Below, in pieces: positions 42,135-56,031 of a DNA stretch of 64,000 bases. The stretch lies in NCBI GenBank assembly GCA_951406725.2, contig OX597838.1, positions 29,946,001-30,010,000 on the forward strand, in the 5' to 3' direction. The notes below the pieces were generated by a model. That model was not told the origin of the DNA. It searched no databases and worked only from the letters and a program-made list of their open reading frames with translations. Position 1 is the stretch's first letter. Every line of letters starts with the position of its first letter. The stretch comes from Octopus vulgaris. Its lineage: Eukaryota. The translations under genes and the position numbers were made by a program.

Positions 42135-42787
42135 GACAATGATAGACATAAACCAACTCATAAAGAAAAAATAAAATCTCTCTCTATATAAAACTGAAGT
42201 TGTCTGTGTATGGCAGGTTTGGTAGCCTTCAACTAACATTATCTCCTCCGGGACCCTGCGGGGCAAGTTGACCAAATTTGAGAGTATGAAAGAAGAAGGC
42301 TTGCTCTTCATTCTGTAGAAGATAAAATTCAAATCGGACCATGTTAACATCAAAAATTATTTACATCAAAAAGATGCTTTTTTTTTCTATGAAAATCCCT
42401 ATTTTTTACGATTTTTTGACTCCCGTGTCACCATTTTTCGGTGTATTTCAACCAGAAAAAATATTCACTTAAAGAGATTAACAAGCTACATAATGCAAAT
42501 TTTTTACTTTTCAAAAATTCCAATTCTAAAGGGTCGAAACAAACCCGAGCAACGCCGGGCTATACTGCTAGTATATGATAAAACATATATCTAGATAACA
42601 AAAAGTACATAATAATAAATTTAAATTTAATTGTAATTCGAATTGAAGTTATAGCCACAAAACTTACGTAGTCTTTTTACTTATTATATAATGTTTATTC
42701 ATTGTTTTGTAATTTTTGTGATCTAGATAAATGTTTTATCATATATTTTACTTTTTCTATATGATATGGTTTATATCTATCATTGTT
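42135..42787. mobile_element. AT-rich palindromic MITE interrupted by a Helitron
   Basis: acaatgataga...aaaa|tatatgataaaacat..atctagat pairs with atctagat..atgttttatcatatatttt...tctatcattgt. Confidence 0.65.
42177..42571 (+). mobile_element. Non-autonomous Helitron
   Basis: A|TC...cccgagcaacgccggg...CTAG|T with no TSD; the host MITE is restored if it is removed. Confidence 0.82.
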
Positions 42788-43309
42788 TCAATTACATAAT
42801 AATGATTTTTCTCTAATTACATAATAATGATTTTTCTCTAATTTATATATATATATATATATATTTGTGTTGACAACTGATGCAAAGGAGCATGATAGAA
42901 TAAATACTAGGCTTACAAAAAATAGGTCGACTAAAGGTGGTGCTCCAGCATGGCCGCAGTCAAATGTCTGAAACAAGTACAAAAGATAATAATGAAAGAA
43001 TTTGTCAAATTTCTCCACTGCACAAAATATTTTAACAATTATTTTATAATCTTTAATTAATATTCAAGTGTAAAAATATTATGGAATGTTTCGAGGGGCT
43101 ATGAGGGCCCGCCCGAGTAAAACAGAAATCCCAAGTGTCCATAGGTAAAAAAAAAGGGGTTGAGACCCACTGCTTTAAAGGGAAACGAAATATGTGTTTT
43201 GTAAGTTGATTGTTTTTAATAAAACATTCGCAAACAGACGACGACGTTTTTGTTGTTTATTCTAAGCGGCCATTTTCAGAGGAATTCATCCCGCCACAGT
43301 TATGAACGT

Positions 43310-43397
<88 letters not shown>

Positions 43398-43402
43398 ATC
43401 TA

Positions 43403-43473
<71 letters not shown>

Positions 43474-43494
43474 GTCTGCCTATCTGTCTGCCTG

Positions 43495-43607
<113 letters not shown>

Positions 43608-44004
43608 TTCTCTATCTATCTATCTATCTATCTACACATACATATGTATGTATATGTATATGTATATGTATATGTGTGAGGGCGCGTGGCTTAGTGGTTA
43701 GGGCATTCGGCTCATGATCGTAAGGTTGTGAGTTCGATTCCCGGCGACGCGTTGTGTCCTTGAGCAAGACACTTTACTTCACGTTGCTCCAGTCCACTCA
43801 GCTGGCAAAAATGAGTTGTACTTGTATTTCAAAGGGTCAGCCTTGTCACTCTCTGTGTCACGCTGATTATCCCCGAGAACTACGTTAAGGGTACACGTGT
43901 CTGTGGAATGCTCAGCCATTTGCACGTTAATTTCACGAGCAAGCTGTTCCGTTGATCGTATCAGCTGGGACCCTCGTCGTCGTAACCGGCGGAGTCTTTT
44001 TTTA

Positions 44005-44556
<552 letters not shown>

Positions 44557-44610
44557 GATAGAACGCACGCATCCACTTGTAAGTTTTATCTTAATATATA
44601 TATACATATT

Positions 44611-44697
<87 letters not shown>

Positions 44698-44709
44698 ATA
44701 TATATATAT

Positions 44710-44785
<76 letters not shown>

Positions 44786-45533
44786 GCAGGCGTGGCTGTG
44801 TGGTAAGAAGCTTGCTTTCCATTCACATGGTTCCGGGTTCAGTCCCACTGCGTGGTACCTTGAGCAAGTGTCTTCTACGATAGCCTTGGGCCGACCGAAG
44901 CCTTGTGTGTGAATTTGGTAGACAGAAACTGAAAGAAGCCTGTCGTGTATATATATATATGCACGACAGGCTATATATAATTATGTATTTATGCATGTGT
45001 GTCAGCATTTGTCCTCTCCACCATTGCTTGACAACCGATGTTGGTGTGTTTACGTCCAGCAAAGGAGGAGATCGATAGAATAAGTATCACGCTTACAAAG
45101 AATCAGTGCTGGTGTCGATTTCTTCGACTAAATGGCGGTGCTCCAACATGGTCACCGTTAAATGACTGAAACGTATAAAAGAATATATATATATATATAT
45201 GTACACACACACATATATATGCGTGTGTGAATGTTTGTGTGTCTGTATTTGTCACCCCACCATCGTTTAACAACCGATGCTGGTGTGTTTACGTCCCCGT
45301 AATTTCGTGATTCGGCATAAGACCCCGATAGCATAAGTACTAGACTTACAAAGAATAAGTCCTGGGGGTCGATTTGCTCGACTAATGGTGGCTCCAGCAT
45401 GGCCTCAGTCAAATGACTGAAATAAATAAAAGAGTAAAAGAGTAAAAGTGTATGTATATGTGTGTGTGTGTATATATATATATAATATATAAATATATAT
45501 GTGTATATATATAATATATAAATATATATATAC

Positions 45534-45596
<63 letters not shown>

Positions 45597-45611
45597 TACA
45601 TATATACATAT

Positions 45612-45648
<37 letters not shown>

Positions 45649-45704
45649 CATACACACACACACACACACGTGCATATTTATGTATTAATAAAGTCTTTAT
45701 TGTT

Positions 45705-45809
45705 TAATAATTTCAACAGTTCTAGATAATTGGACGAAAGTTAATAAATTGCGTTTTTCTTTGTAGTTCCCGGATTACCAACGTTAACTGCACGTACACA
45801 CACACACAG

Positions 45810-45845
<36 letters not shown>

Positions 45846-46197
45846 ACACTTAAACACACTCAAACACGCCCAAACACACATGCACAGACATTGGCCTGTA
45901 AACTAAATGTCCGGTTCCCCTATTTATGTGACTCCATTATGACCAGGTGCCGTCGTTTAGAAAATGTTTTGATGCGATTTGATGACGTCCAGGTGTTGTT
46001 TTGTGGTGAATAATAAAAAACTTACAACCAAGATAACATTCCTAGAATCAATTATTCGCCAATAATTGTCCGATATTTAGCTTTCATAGCAAATGGTTAC
46101 CATTATCCTTGCCCCACTCTCCTGGAGGCAGGAGTGGTGGTTGTTTGTCAGTTCAAACATCAGGGTTGCAAGATCGCGTTTGAGCTCAAGACAGACG
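45705..46197 (-). repeat. Right copy of the long-range inverted duplication
   Basis: Reverse complement of 34470-35100. Confidence 0.85.
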
Positions 46198-46329
46198 AAG
46201 TTGTTGATCTTTTTCTAATATTATTTTTTTTTTAATGTTTGCGAGTTTGAAGAAAAAAAGCAGCGCACGTGGCTCTTGCAGGGTCCCTGAGAATGATCTG
46301 AGAATGGTGCTGTTAACAATCTGTTTCTG

Positions 46330-46800
46330 TTGTTGCAGGTTGAAATATGCTGAAAGACTGCAAAAAGGCCAAAACGAATTTGGCGCGTCTTTGGTGGATG
46401 ATTGGAAAAGCATACGATACGGTTCCCCCGTGTCGTGGATTATAGATTGCTTGGAAATGTTTGGAATTGTACGCAGCACTGTGTATCTATTGATCAGAAG
46501 TATGAATGGATGGGGCATTGAGCTTAAATTTGGAGGCAAACCATAGGCTTTGTCAACATAGATAAGCGAGAAAAAATCGTGCCTGATCATAGACACTGTG
46601 TACCTTGAAGACTGAAGAATCATCGGGAAAGGAGAAAATCTAACGAGATATGATGCTCTGCAGAGAGAAATCATAAAGTTATGGCAAAGGGAAAAGGTAC
46701 TCCGGATATAGTGAGCATAGAAATTGAAAATTGGTTGGAAAAGTTAAGAAAATAGAGCAGATCCAGAATACAGCATCACTTGGCAGTGCAAAGCTCTTTA
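46330..46800 (+). mobile_element. Heavily deleted R4/Dong-like LINE relic
   Basis: KAYDTVP.SWIIDCLEMFGI (RT) joined to CLIID...RYDALQREIIKLW (endonuclease). Confidence 0.65.
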
Positions 46801-47264
46801 AAAGAACATACTACCTTAGTTCACAAGAAAAGAACAGCTGGTATATTGCTTTCAAGTTTTGTCACAAAGCCAGTGATTTCGGGGGAGGTGGGTGAGTTGA
46901 TTAAATCTCTGCCAGTGTTATTCTATCGGTCCCGCAAGGATGAAACGCAAAGTCAACCATGGTAGAATATGAACTCAGAACCTAAAGAAGGACGGAATGC
47001 CACGAAGCATTTTGTCTGGCGTGCTGAGGATACTGTTGGCCGCCTGAAACGGCTGGTATATTAATGCCACTCACATCAGCAAGCTGAATATGTCAGATAC
47101 AATAACAGCAACAACAGTACAAGGCCCGAGAGGATGAAAAGCAAAGTGGACCTCGGCGGAATTCGAACTCAGAATTTAAAGACGGACGAAATACCGCTAA
47201 GCGTGCTAACGATTCTGCCAACTCGCCGACTTCTCGATTATAATAATAATTATTATTTAAAATT

Positions 47265-48210
47265 TTGCCACAAGGGAGGCCATTTTTTTGGGGGGGGGGA
47301 GAGAATGAGTCAATTACATCGACCTCCGTGTTCAACTGGAACTTATTTAATCGACCCCGAAAAGATGAAAGGCAAAGTCGACCTCGGCGGAATTTGAACT
47401 CAGAACGTAGCGGCAGACGAAATACCTATTTCATTACTACCCACAAGGGGCTAAACACAGAGAGGACAAACAAGGATAGATAAACGGATTAAGTCGATTA
47501 CATCAACCCCAGTGCGTAACTGGTACTTAATTTATCGACCCCGAAAGGATGAAAGGCAAAGTCGACCTCGGCGGAATTTGAACTCAGAACGTAGCGGCAG
47601 ACGAAATACCTATTTCATTACTACCCACAAGGGGCTAAACACAGAGAGGACAAACAAGGATAGATAAACGGATTAAGTCGATTACATCAACCCCAGTGCG
47701 TAACTGGTACTTAATTTATCGACCCCGAAAGGATGAAAGGCAAAGTCGACCTCGGCGGAATTTGAATTCAGAACGTAGCGGCAGACGAAATACCTATTTC
47801 ATTACTACCCACAAATGGCTAAACACAGAGAGGACAAGCAAGGATAGATAAACGGATTAAGTCGATTACATCGACCCCAGTGCGTAACTGGTACTTAATT
47901 TATCGACCCCGAAAGGATGAAAGGCAAAGTCGACCTCGGCGGAATTTGAACTCAGAACGTAGCGGCAGACGAAATACCTATTTCTTTACTACCCACAAGG
48001 GGCTAAACACAGAGAGGACAAACAAGGACAGACAAACGGATTAAGTTGATTACATCGACCCCAGTGCGTAACTGGTACTTATTTAATCGACCCTAAAAGG
48101 ATGAAAGGCAAAGTTGACCTCGGCGGAATTTGAACTTAGAAGGTAGCGGCAGACGAAATACCGCTAAGCATTTCGCCCGGAGTGCTAACGTCTCTTCCAG
48201 CTCACCGCCT
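47265..48210 (-). repeat. Head-to-tail family-A SINE array, 184-bp period
   Basis: ctacccacaa recurs at 47437, 47621, 47805 and 47989. A dimer with the same junction lies at 48540-48930. Confidence 0.93.
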
Positions 48211-48239
48211 TACTGCTAATTTATTATTGCAAGTTCTAA

Positions 48240-49292
48240 TACCACTTACAAGTGAACTAAACAGAATAGTCCATGGTTATAAAATCAGCAACAGGAAAAT
48301 AAGCCATCTATGATGAGCTTGAAGGCTTATTATGTACTGCGAAAACATTCAGTGATGACATAGGAATGGAGCTTGATCTTTATAGGTGTGCCAAGGCCAG
48401 TTTCAAGAAAGCGAGATTGACAAACTCAAATACAATCAAATGCTGAAACAATCATAATAAAAGAGACAAATCTATAAAAGCCTAGGATTAAATGAAGACT
48501 ATGGCATTCAGCATGCAAGCATGAAAGAGATCTTTTTTACTCTAGGTACAAGGCTCGACATTTTTGGGAAGGGAGCCAGTCGATTAGATCGACTTCAGTG
48601 CGCAACTGGTACTTAATTTATCGACCCCGAAAGGATGAAAGGTAAAGTCGACCTCGGCGGAATTTGAACTCAGAACGTAGCGGCAGACGAAATACCTATT
48701 TCATTACTACCCACAAGGGGATAAACACAGAGAGGACAAACAAGGACAGACAAACGGATTAAGTCGATTACATCGACCCCAGTGTGTAACTGGTGCTTAT
48801 TTAATCGACCCCGATAAAGGTGAAAGGCAAAGTCGACCTCGGCGGAATTTGAACTCAGAACGTAAAGACAAACGAAATACCACTAAACATTTCGCCTTGC
48901 GTGCTAACGTTTCTGCCAGCTTGCCGCCTTATGACAGAGAAGATCAGGAGAAAATGTTATAGGAGAGTACGAGCAGTTCTGAAATCTGAGCCAAATGCAC
49001 AAAACAAGGTGTTAGCCATGAATTCCTGAGCTGTTCCAGTTGTCACTTCTAGCTATAATGTATTGAACTGGAATATCGGTGAAATAAAGAAAATTTATAG
49101 AAAAATTCGCAAGTTGCTGACTTGTAATAAGGTGCACGACCGAAAGGTAAACGTGGATCGTCTTCATCTTCCCAGAGCCTAGGGAGGTCGAAGCTTGTCC
49201 AAGTTTGAACGCTCTTACAAAACCACTGCACTTGGACTGGTCAAATAACTTGAAACAACAAACGAATGGATGCTAAGACTCACTGGAAATCA
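48240..49292 (+). mobile_element. R4/Dong-like RT relic interrupted by a SINE dimer
   Basis: KISHL...KTFSDDIGME...CAKA and YRRVRAVLKSE.NAQNKVLAMNS*AVPVV...RKIRKLLT. Confidence 0.75.
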
Positions 49293-49389
49293 CGAGACGT
49301 AAGTGATCTCATACCAAGGTAAACAGCACAAGACTTTGCAGATGGGGCCCAGTGAGAATTTTCTTCAAGTCGAGTAACCCATCTCGCTC

Positions 49390-50139
49390 ACGAAATTTTT
49401 CCCACGACAGTTCTGGACCCCATTAAAGCGAAGATGAAGCAAGCCTTCACTCTCTACTTTTAGCCCTGAACTGTACTGATGGGCATGCTCCTGATAGACG
49501 TAAGAAGCTTCATTCTACCTTGAAGGAGAGCAAACAAAATTTGCTAATGATTTCCTGAATGGTACCAAGGCTGAACAGCTTGAAGGAAGGAATGAATTGT
49601 TGCAAAGAAATTAGAATCAATGGTAAAGAAAAAAGCGCATGATCAATCGACTGTTTGGTGGGTGTAGAAACCTTTGTATGGTAAATATGTAGCCTGTAAC
49701 AAACGAGCTGATGTAAACAAGGAGCACGTCCATCAGGAGCACGCCCATCAGAGTATGCCCATCAGAGGCACGCCCTTCAGAAGCACACCCATTAGAGGCA
49801 CGCCCATCAGGAGCACACCCATCAGAGGCACGCCCATCAGGAGCACGTCCATCAGGGGCATGCCCATCAGGAGCACGTCCATCAGGAGCCCGCCCATCAG
49901 AGGCACGTCCATCAGGGGCACGTCTATCAAAAGCACGCCCGTCAGGGGTATGCCCTTCAGGAGCGCGCCCATCAGGGGGGCACGCCCATCAGGGGCACGC
50001 CCATCAGGAGCACGTCTGTCAGGAACACGTCTATCAGGAGCATACCCATCAGTAGAGTTCAGGGCTAAAGGTAGAGAGTGAAGGCTTGCTTCATCTTCGC
50101 TTTACTGGGGTCCGGAACTGTCGTGGGAAAAAATTTCGC
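49390..50139. mobile_element. Non-autonomous TIR element containing a 15-bp tandem array
   Basis: Termini [a/g]cgaaattttt-cccacgacagtt[c]tggacccca at both ends; same outer TIR as 52978-54276. Confidence 0.7.
49720..50050. repeat. 15-bp minisatellite (CATCAGGAGCACGCC-like), about 22 copies
   Basis: Seen directly; explains ORFs 49674-50081 and 49748-49972. Confidence 0.92.
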
Positions 50140-50376
50140 GAGCGAGATGGGTTACTCGGCCTGAAGAAAATTCTCACTGGGCCCCACCTGCAAAGTCATG
50201 CACTGTTTACCTTGATATGAGATCACTATGTCTCGCAGATATGGTTATGATACATGTGCCTGGTGTACCTTTATCAGACGGGTAGTCATGATGGGTATAC
50301 TGGGCTTCGTATATTTTACCCCAGTGTCACTTTGATGGCATGCACTGCTCTGTCACTCAATAATAATAATAATAAT
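50140..50376 (+). mobile_element. Probable LINE 3' UTR ending in (AAT)n
   Basis: Ends ...ctctgtcactc(aat)n like the other R4-type ends; family assignment is from recollection. Confidence 0.55.
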
Positions 50377-50637
50377 GAAAATACCACTTAGACCCATGAA
50401 TAGTCAAGAAGGAAAGCGAAAAAATAGATAAAAAGTACGAAATACTTGACAACTGGTGTGTTTACGTCCCCGTAACTTAGTGGTTTGGCAAAAAAGACCG
50501 ATAGAATAAGTACTAGGCTTACAAAGAATAAGTCCTGAGGTCGATTTGTTTGACTAAAGGCGGTGCTCCAGCATGGCTGCAGTCAAATGACTGAAACAAG
50601 TAAAAGAGTAAAATATATATATATATATAAAAGAGTA

Positions 50638-50689
<52 letters not shown>

Positions 50690-51274
50690 CATTATAAATC
50701 TTTCTTTCAGGAAGTTGCTGATTTGTTTGTAGCCAGAAGATTTTCATTTTAATAAAATCTTTTTTGTTGGTAATTTTGTTTTCTACAAATTAAAATTGTG
50801 ATCTTATATGAAGTATACTATGTTTTTCTCTTCAACTTACCCAGGTGCATATAGCCCACCAGTTTATCTGGTTTGTTTGGTGAAGGCATGTGGCTTAGTG
50901 GTTAGGGTATTTGGCCCACGATCTTAAGGTCATGAGTTCAGTTCTTGGTGCTGCATTGTGTCCTTGAGCAAGACACTTTATTTCACGTTGCTCCAGTCTA
51001 TTCAGCTAGCAAAAAATGAGTTGTGCCTGTATTTCAAAGGGTCACCCTTGTCACATTCTGCGCCATGCTCTGTGGAGTGCTCATCCCCCTACACATTAAT
51101 TTCATGAGCAGGCTGTTCTGTTGATCGGAGCAATTGGAACCCTTGTTGCCATAACCGACGGAGTGCCAGCTTGTCTGGTTTGTGTGTATATGTATGTTTA
51201 TCATAGAAAGATCCATTGATGTCTACTTTTTTGTTGTAAAATAGAAAAATAAACGAAGTGGCTGTGTGGTAATT

Positions 51275-51561
51275 AGCTATGGAAAATGAAGAAGGTGAAG
51301 ATAATGCCAATTATTATTGGGTCCTTGGGAGCAGAATCAGGAAGCATCAAGAGGAATATAAAGGAAATTGGGAAAGAGTGCCCAGTAGAACTGTTACAAA
51401 ACGTTTGCCTCCTTGACACGGCCAGAAGAATCAGGAAAGTATTAGATAGCTGAAAGGAACGAATAGCATGGTACCGTAGGCTGCAGGTAGTAAACCCGCT
51501 ACGCATGCAAGACCCCAGGAACTCCAACAAAACCTGACAAAAAGAAATAATAATAATAATT
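51275..51561 (+). mobile_element. R4/Dong-like 3' end
   Basis: LWKMKKVKIMPIIIGSLGA...LLQNVCLLDTARRIRKVL* followed by an (AAT)n tail. Confidence 0.75.
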
Positions 51562-51778
51562 TTCAATTTAGGCCCAAGGCTATCAATTTTAAGGGGATCG
51601 GATTAGTTGATGTCATCAACTCTAGTACGAGATTAATATTTTATTTTTATCAACCCCCCAATGAAGGACTGTCAAAGCTGACTTCAGCTGAATTTGAACT
51701 CAGAACGCAAAGTACCGGAACTGAATACTTCAAGACATTTCGCCCGAAGCTGAAATGACTCTGCCAATTTGATTGTCC

Positions 51779-51810
<32 letters not shown>

Positions 51811-51940
51811 TAACCCTGGGCTAACTGAAATCCAGTGTTTCAGTGGTTAAGGAGGCAATCAGCCATTGATTGAGAGCGACTTGGCGCTCCAATCCTGGAA
51901 ATCCGGATCCTGTTTTGTTTTCTTTTGTTTGTTTTCGTCC

Positions 51941-51948
51941 TGACGTCA
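51941..51948. promoter_or_regulatory. Perfect CRE palindrome TGACGTCA
   Basis: About 80 bp upstream of a strong-context ATG in a repeat-free island; function not shown. Confidence 0.35.
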
Positions 51949-52028
51949 TACCACGATCCCTCGGTCGTTGATCTTGCCATCAGCCTACACAGCACCACAC
52001 CACACAAACGAAGAATTAAGGAAGTAAA

Positions 52029-52058
52029 ATGGGAGTGCAGAGAAACTCTAAGGATACG
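52029..52058 (+). CDS. Candidate first coding exon (MGVQRNSKDT) of an unidentified gene
   Basis: AAAATGG context; possible donor ACG|GTACTG, phase 0, compatible with exon 56248. Confidence 0.3.
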
Positions 52059-52977
52059 GTACTGGCAGCAGCAGCAGCAGTAGCAGCAGTAGTAGTAGTA
52101 TTAGCAACAACAGTAGGGATAGTAGTTGTGGTAGTAGTAGTAGCCACAGTGGTAGCAGTAACAATAGTAGTAGTGGTGGTTGTGACAATAGTAGTAGTGG
52201 TGGTTGTGGCAATAGTAGTAGTGGTGGTTGTGGCAATAGTAGTAGTGGTGGTTGTGGCAATAGTAGTAACAGTAGCAGTAGCGGTGGCGGTGGTGGTAGT
52301 TGTGGCGGTGGTGTTAGTTGTGGCGGTGGTGTTAGTTGTGGCGGTGGTGGTGGTAGTTGTGGCGGTGGTGGTAGTTGTGGCGGTGGTAGTAGTTGTGGCG
52401 GTGGTAGTAGTTGTGGTGGTAGTGGTAGTTGTGGCGGTGGTGGTAGTTGTGGCGGTGGTGGTAGTTGTGGTGGTAGTTGTGGTGGTGGCGGTGGTGGTAG
52501 TTGTGGCGGTGGTGGTAGCTGTAGTAGTACCAGTGGTAGAATGCTACGCGCAGCTTAGCAGATAGGCTATTCGGCTCCGGCTCACGAACATAAGGGCGCG
52601 AGTTCGATTCCCGCCGATGCGTTGTTTCCTTGAGCAAGACACTTTATTCCACATTGCTCCAGTCAACTCTGCTGGCAAAAATGAATTGTACCTGTAATTC
52701 AAAAGGGGGCCAGCCTTGTCACATTCTGTGTCATGCTGAATCTCCCTGAGAACTACGTTAAGGGTCACGCGTGTCTGAGGAGTACTCAGCCACTAGCACG
52801 TTAATTTCACGAAACAGGTTGTTCTGTTGATTGGATCAGCTAAAAAGACTCGTCGTTGTAATCGACGGAGGGCCGTCAAGTTGTTGTAGTGCGAGTAACA
52901 GTGAAGGCGCATGGCTCAGGGGTTAGAGCGTTGGGCTCACAATCATGAGGTAGTGAGTTCGATTCCCGGACCGGGAT

Positions 52978-54276
52978 GTGAAATACTTTTCCCACGAAAG
53001 TTCCGGACCCCACTAATGAACTCCTTTGCATACAGCCAATCAGAGCTCACCTTGACCTTGTTGTCAAGTTAACAAACACACTCTACCAAGGAAATTCAAG
53101 ACGAAGAACGGTGTTGTTTTAATGCTTAGCGGTATTTATTTCGTCTGCCCCAACGTTCTGCGTTCAAATCCGCCGAGGTCGACTTTGTCTTTCATCCTTT
53201 AGGGGTCGATTAAATAAGTACCAGTTACGCACTGGGGTCGATATAATCGACTTAATCCGTTTGTTTGTCTTTGTTTTTCCTCTCTGCGTTTGACCCCTTG
53301 TGGGTAGTAAAGAAATAGGTATTTCGTCCGCCGCTACGTTCTGAGTTCAAATTCCGCCGAGGTCGACTTTGTCTTTCATCCTTTAGGGGTCGATTAAATA
53401 AGTACCAGTTACGCACTGGGGTCGATATAATCGACTTAACCCGTTTGTTTGTCTTTGTTTGTCCTCTCTGCGTTTGACCCCTTGTAGGTAGTAAAGAAAT
53501 AGGTATTTCGTCCGCCGCTACGTTCTGAGTTCAAATTCCGCCGAGTTATGTCTGGTTTTAGAAGGAGACAAGTAATTAGATAGATTTGCATCTATACCTA
53601 TTATCGGATTTTGTTAGGGCCCCTTATGGTAAAAATGTGGATGGGAAAAATGTGGGTAGAGGATGATCTGCTAGTAACCCTCTCCCCTTACTGTTTTACA
53701 AAGTAAACAACAACACAAATAACTACGCTGAGGCAGCCATGGTTGGAACAAGAACAAGATCAAGGAGCATTATTAAAAGAGAAGAGAAGCATGGTCATTC
53801 CTTAACCAAGTGACCTTATCTTATCGCCAATCACTCATTTTGTGCTCATTAGTTAGTTTGATGGTTGAACTCTGATTGGCTGTATGCAAATGAGTTCATA
53901 ACTGGGGTCCGGAACTCGCGTGGGAAAAAAATCATCTATACCTATTATCGGATTTTGTTAGGGCCCCTTATGGTAAAGATGTGGATGGGAAAAATGTGGG
54001 TAGAGGGTGATGTGCTAGCAACCCTCTCCCCTTACTGTTTTACAAAGTAAACAACAACACAACTATGCAGAGGCAGTCATGGTTGGAACAAGAACAAGAT
54101 CAAGGAGCATTATTAAAAGAGAAGAGAAGCATAGTCATTCCTTAACCAAGTGACCTTATCTTATCGCCCATCACTCATTTTGTGCTCATTAGTTAGTTTG
54201 ATGGTTGAACTCTCATTGGCTGTATGCAAATGAGTTCATAACTGGGGTCCGGAACTCTCGTGGGAAAAAAATTCGC
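52978..54276. mobile_element. Non-autonomous DNA transposon (MULE-like) with TIRs of about 75 bp and a 9-bp TSD, inside a family-C SINE
   Basis: TSD gaccgggat at 52969-52977 and 54277-54285. Nested SINE-A array at 53120-53545. Right end tandemly duplicated (53590-53933 / 53934-54276). Confidence 0.78.
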
Positions 54277-54618
54277 GACCGGGATGTGTGCTGTGTTCTT
54301 GAGCAAGACACTTTATTTCACGTTGCTCCAGTTAACTCAGCTGTAGAAATGAGTTGCGATGTCAGTGGTGCCAAGCTGTATCGGCCCCTTTGCCTTTCCC
54401 TCGGACAACATCGGTCCAATGTAGAGGTGGGGTGTGGCTGGTATGCATGGGTGACTGCTGGTTTACCATAAAACAACCTTGCCCGGGTATGTGCCTCGGA
54501 ATGGGGGCTTTCTAGGTGCAGTCCCATGGTCATTCATGACCGAAGAGGGTCTTTACCCTTTGCCCTTTTTACTAGTAACAGAAGCAGCAGTAGCAGCAGC
54601 AACAGCAGCAGTAGCAAC

Positions 54619-54669
<51 letters not shown>

Positions 54670-54711
54670 TATAATTGTGGTGCAGATTGTTGCTGTGGTA
54701 GAGGCGACAGT

Positions 54712-56031
54712 AGATGCCGTTGAGCTGGCAGAAACGTTAGCACGCCGGGCGAAATGCGTAGCCGTATTTCGTCTGTCGTTACGTTCTGAGTTCAAATTCC
54801 GCCGAGGTCGACTTTGCCTTTCGTCCTTTCGGGGTCGATAAATTAAGTACCAGTTACGCACTGGGGTCGATGTAACCGACTTAATCCGTTTGTCTGTCCT
54901 TGTTTGTCCTCTCTGTGTTTAGCTCCTTGTGGGTAGTAAAGAAATAAGAAACGTTAGCACGCCGGGCGAAATGCGTAGCGGTATTTCGTCTGCCGTTACG
55001 TTCTGAGTTCAAATTCCGCCGAGGTCGACTTTGTCTTTCATCCTTTAGGGGTCGATAAATTAAGTACCAGTTACGCACTGGTGTCGATGTAACCGACTTA
55101 ATCCGTTCGTCTGTCCTTGTTTGTCCTCTCTGTGTTTAGCTCCTTGTGGGTAGTAAAGAAATAAGAAACGTTAGCACGCCGGGCGAAATGCGTAGCCGTA
55201 TTTCGTCTGCCGTTACGTTCTGAGTTCAAATTCCGCCGAGGTCGACTTTGTCTTTCATCCTTTAGGGGTCGATAAATTAAGTACCAGTTACGCACTGGTG
55301 TCGATGTAACCGACTTAATCCGTTCGTCTGTCCTTGTTTGTCCTCTCTGTGTTTAGCTCCTTGTGGGTAGTAAAGAAATAAGAAACGTTAGCACGCCGGG
55401 CGAAATGCGTAGCAGTATTTCGTCTGCCTCTACGTTCTGAGTTCAAATTCCACCGAAGTCGACTTCACCTTTCATCCTTTCTGGGTCGATAAATTAAGTA
55501 CCAGTTACGCACTGGGGTCGATGTAATCGACTTAATACCTATGTCTGTCCTTGTTTGTCCTCTCTGTGTTTAGCCCCTTGTAGGTAGTAAAGAAATAAGA
55601 AACGTTAGCACATCGGGCGAAATGCGTAGCCGTATTCCCCCTGCCATTACGTTCTGAGTTCAAATTCCGCCGAGGTCGACTTTGTCTTTCATCCTTTCGG
55701 GGTAGATAAATTAAGTACCGGTTACGCACTGGGGTCGATGTAATCGACTTAATCCGTTTGTCTGTCCTTGTTGGCCCCCTCTGTGTTTAGCCCCTTGTGG
55801 GTAGTAAAGAAATAAGAAACGTTAGCACGCCGGGCGAAATGCGTAGCCGTATTTCGTCTGCCGTTACGTTCTGAGTTCAAATTCCGCCGAGGTCGACTTT
55901 GCCTTTCATCCTTTCGGGGTCGATAAATTAAGTACCAGTTACGCACTGGGGTCGATGTAATCGACTTAATACCTATGTCTGTCCTTGTTTGTCCCCTCTG
56001 TGTTTAGCCCCTTGTGGGTAGTAAAGAAATA
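54712..56031 (+). repeat. Six-unit head-to-tail family-A SINE array, 217-bp period, inside one 15-bp TSD
   Basis: gaaacgttagc at 54731, 54948, 55165, 55382, 55599 and 55816. TSD ggtagaggcgacagt at 54697-54711 and 56032-56046. Confidence 0.93.

Noticed and set aside
43678-43750. tRNA genes at SINE heads
   Set aside because: The A/B boxes continue into shared SINE bodies and no complete cloverleaf was seen.
49674-50081. 135-aa ORF with 5-aa repeats
   Set aside because: Product of the 15-bp array inside a non-autonomous element.
51830-51930. Degenerate tRNA-like or Pol III unit before a T-run
   Set aside because: A and B boxes are too degenerate and no cloverleaf could be built.
52059-52565. 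Poly-Val/Ala transmembrane-like ORF
   Set aside because: Compound (GTA/GTG/GCA)n triplet repeat; only the first 30 nt of the ORF is kept as a possible exon.
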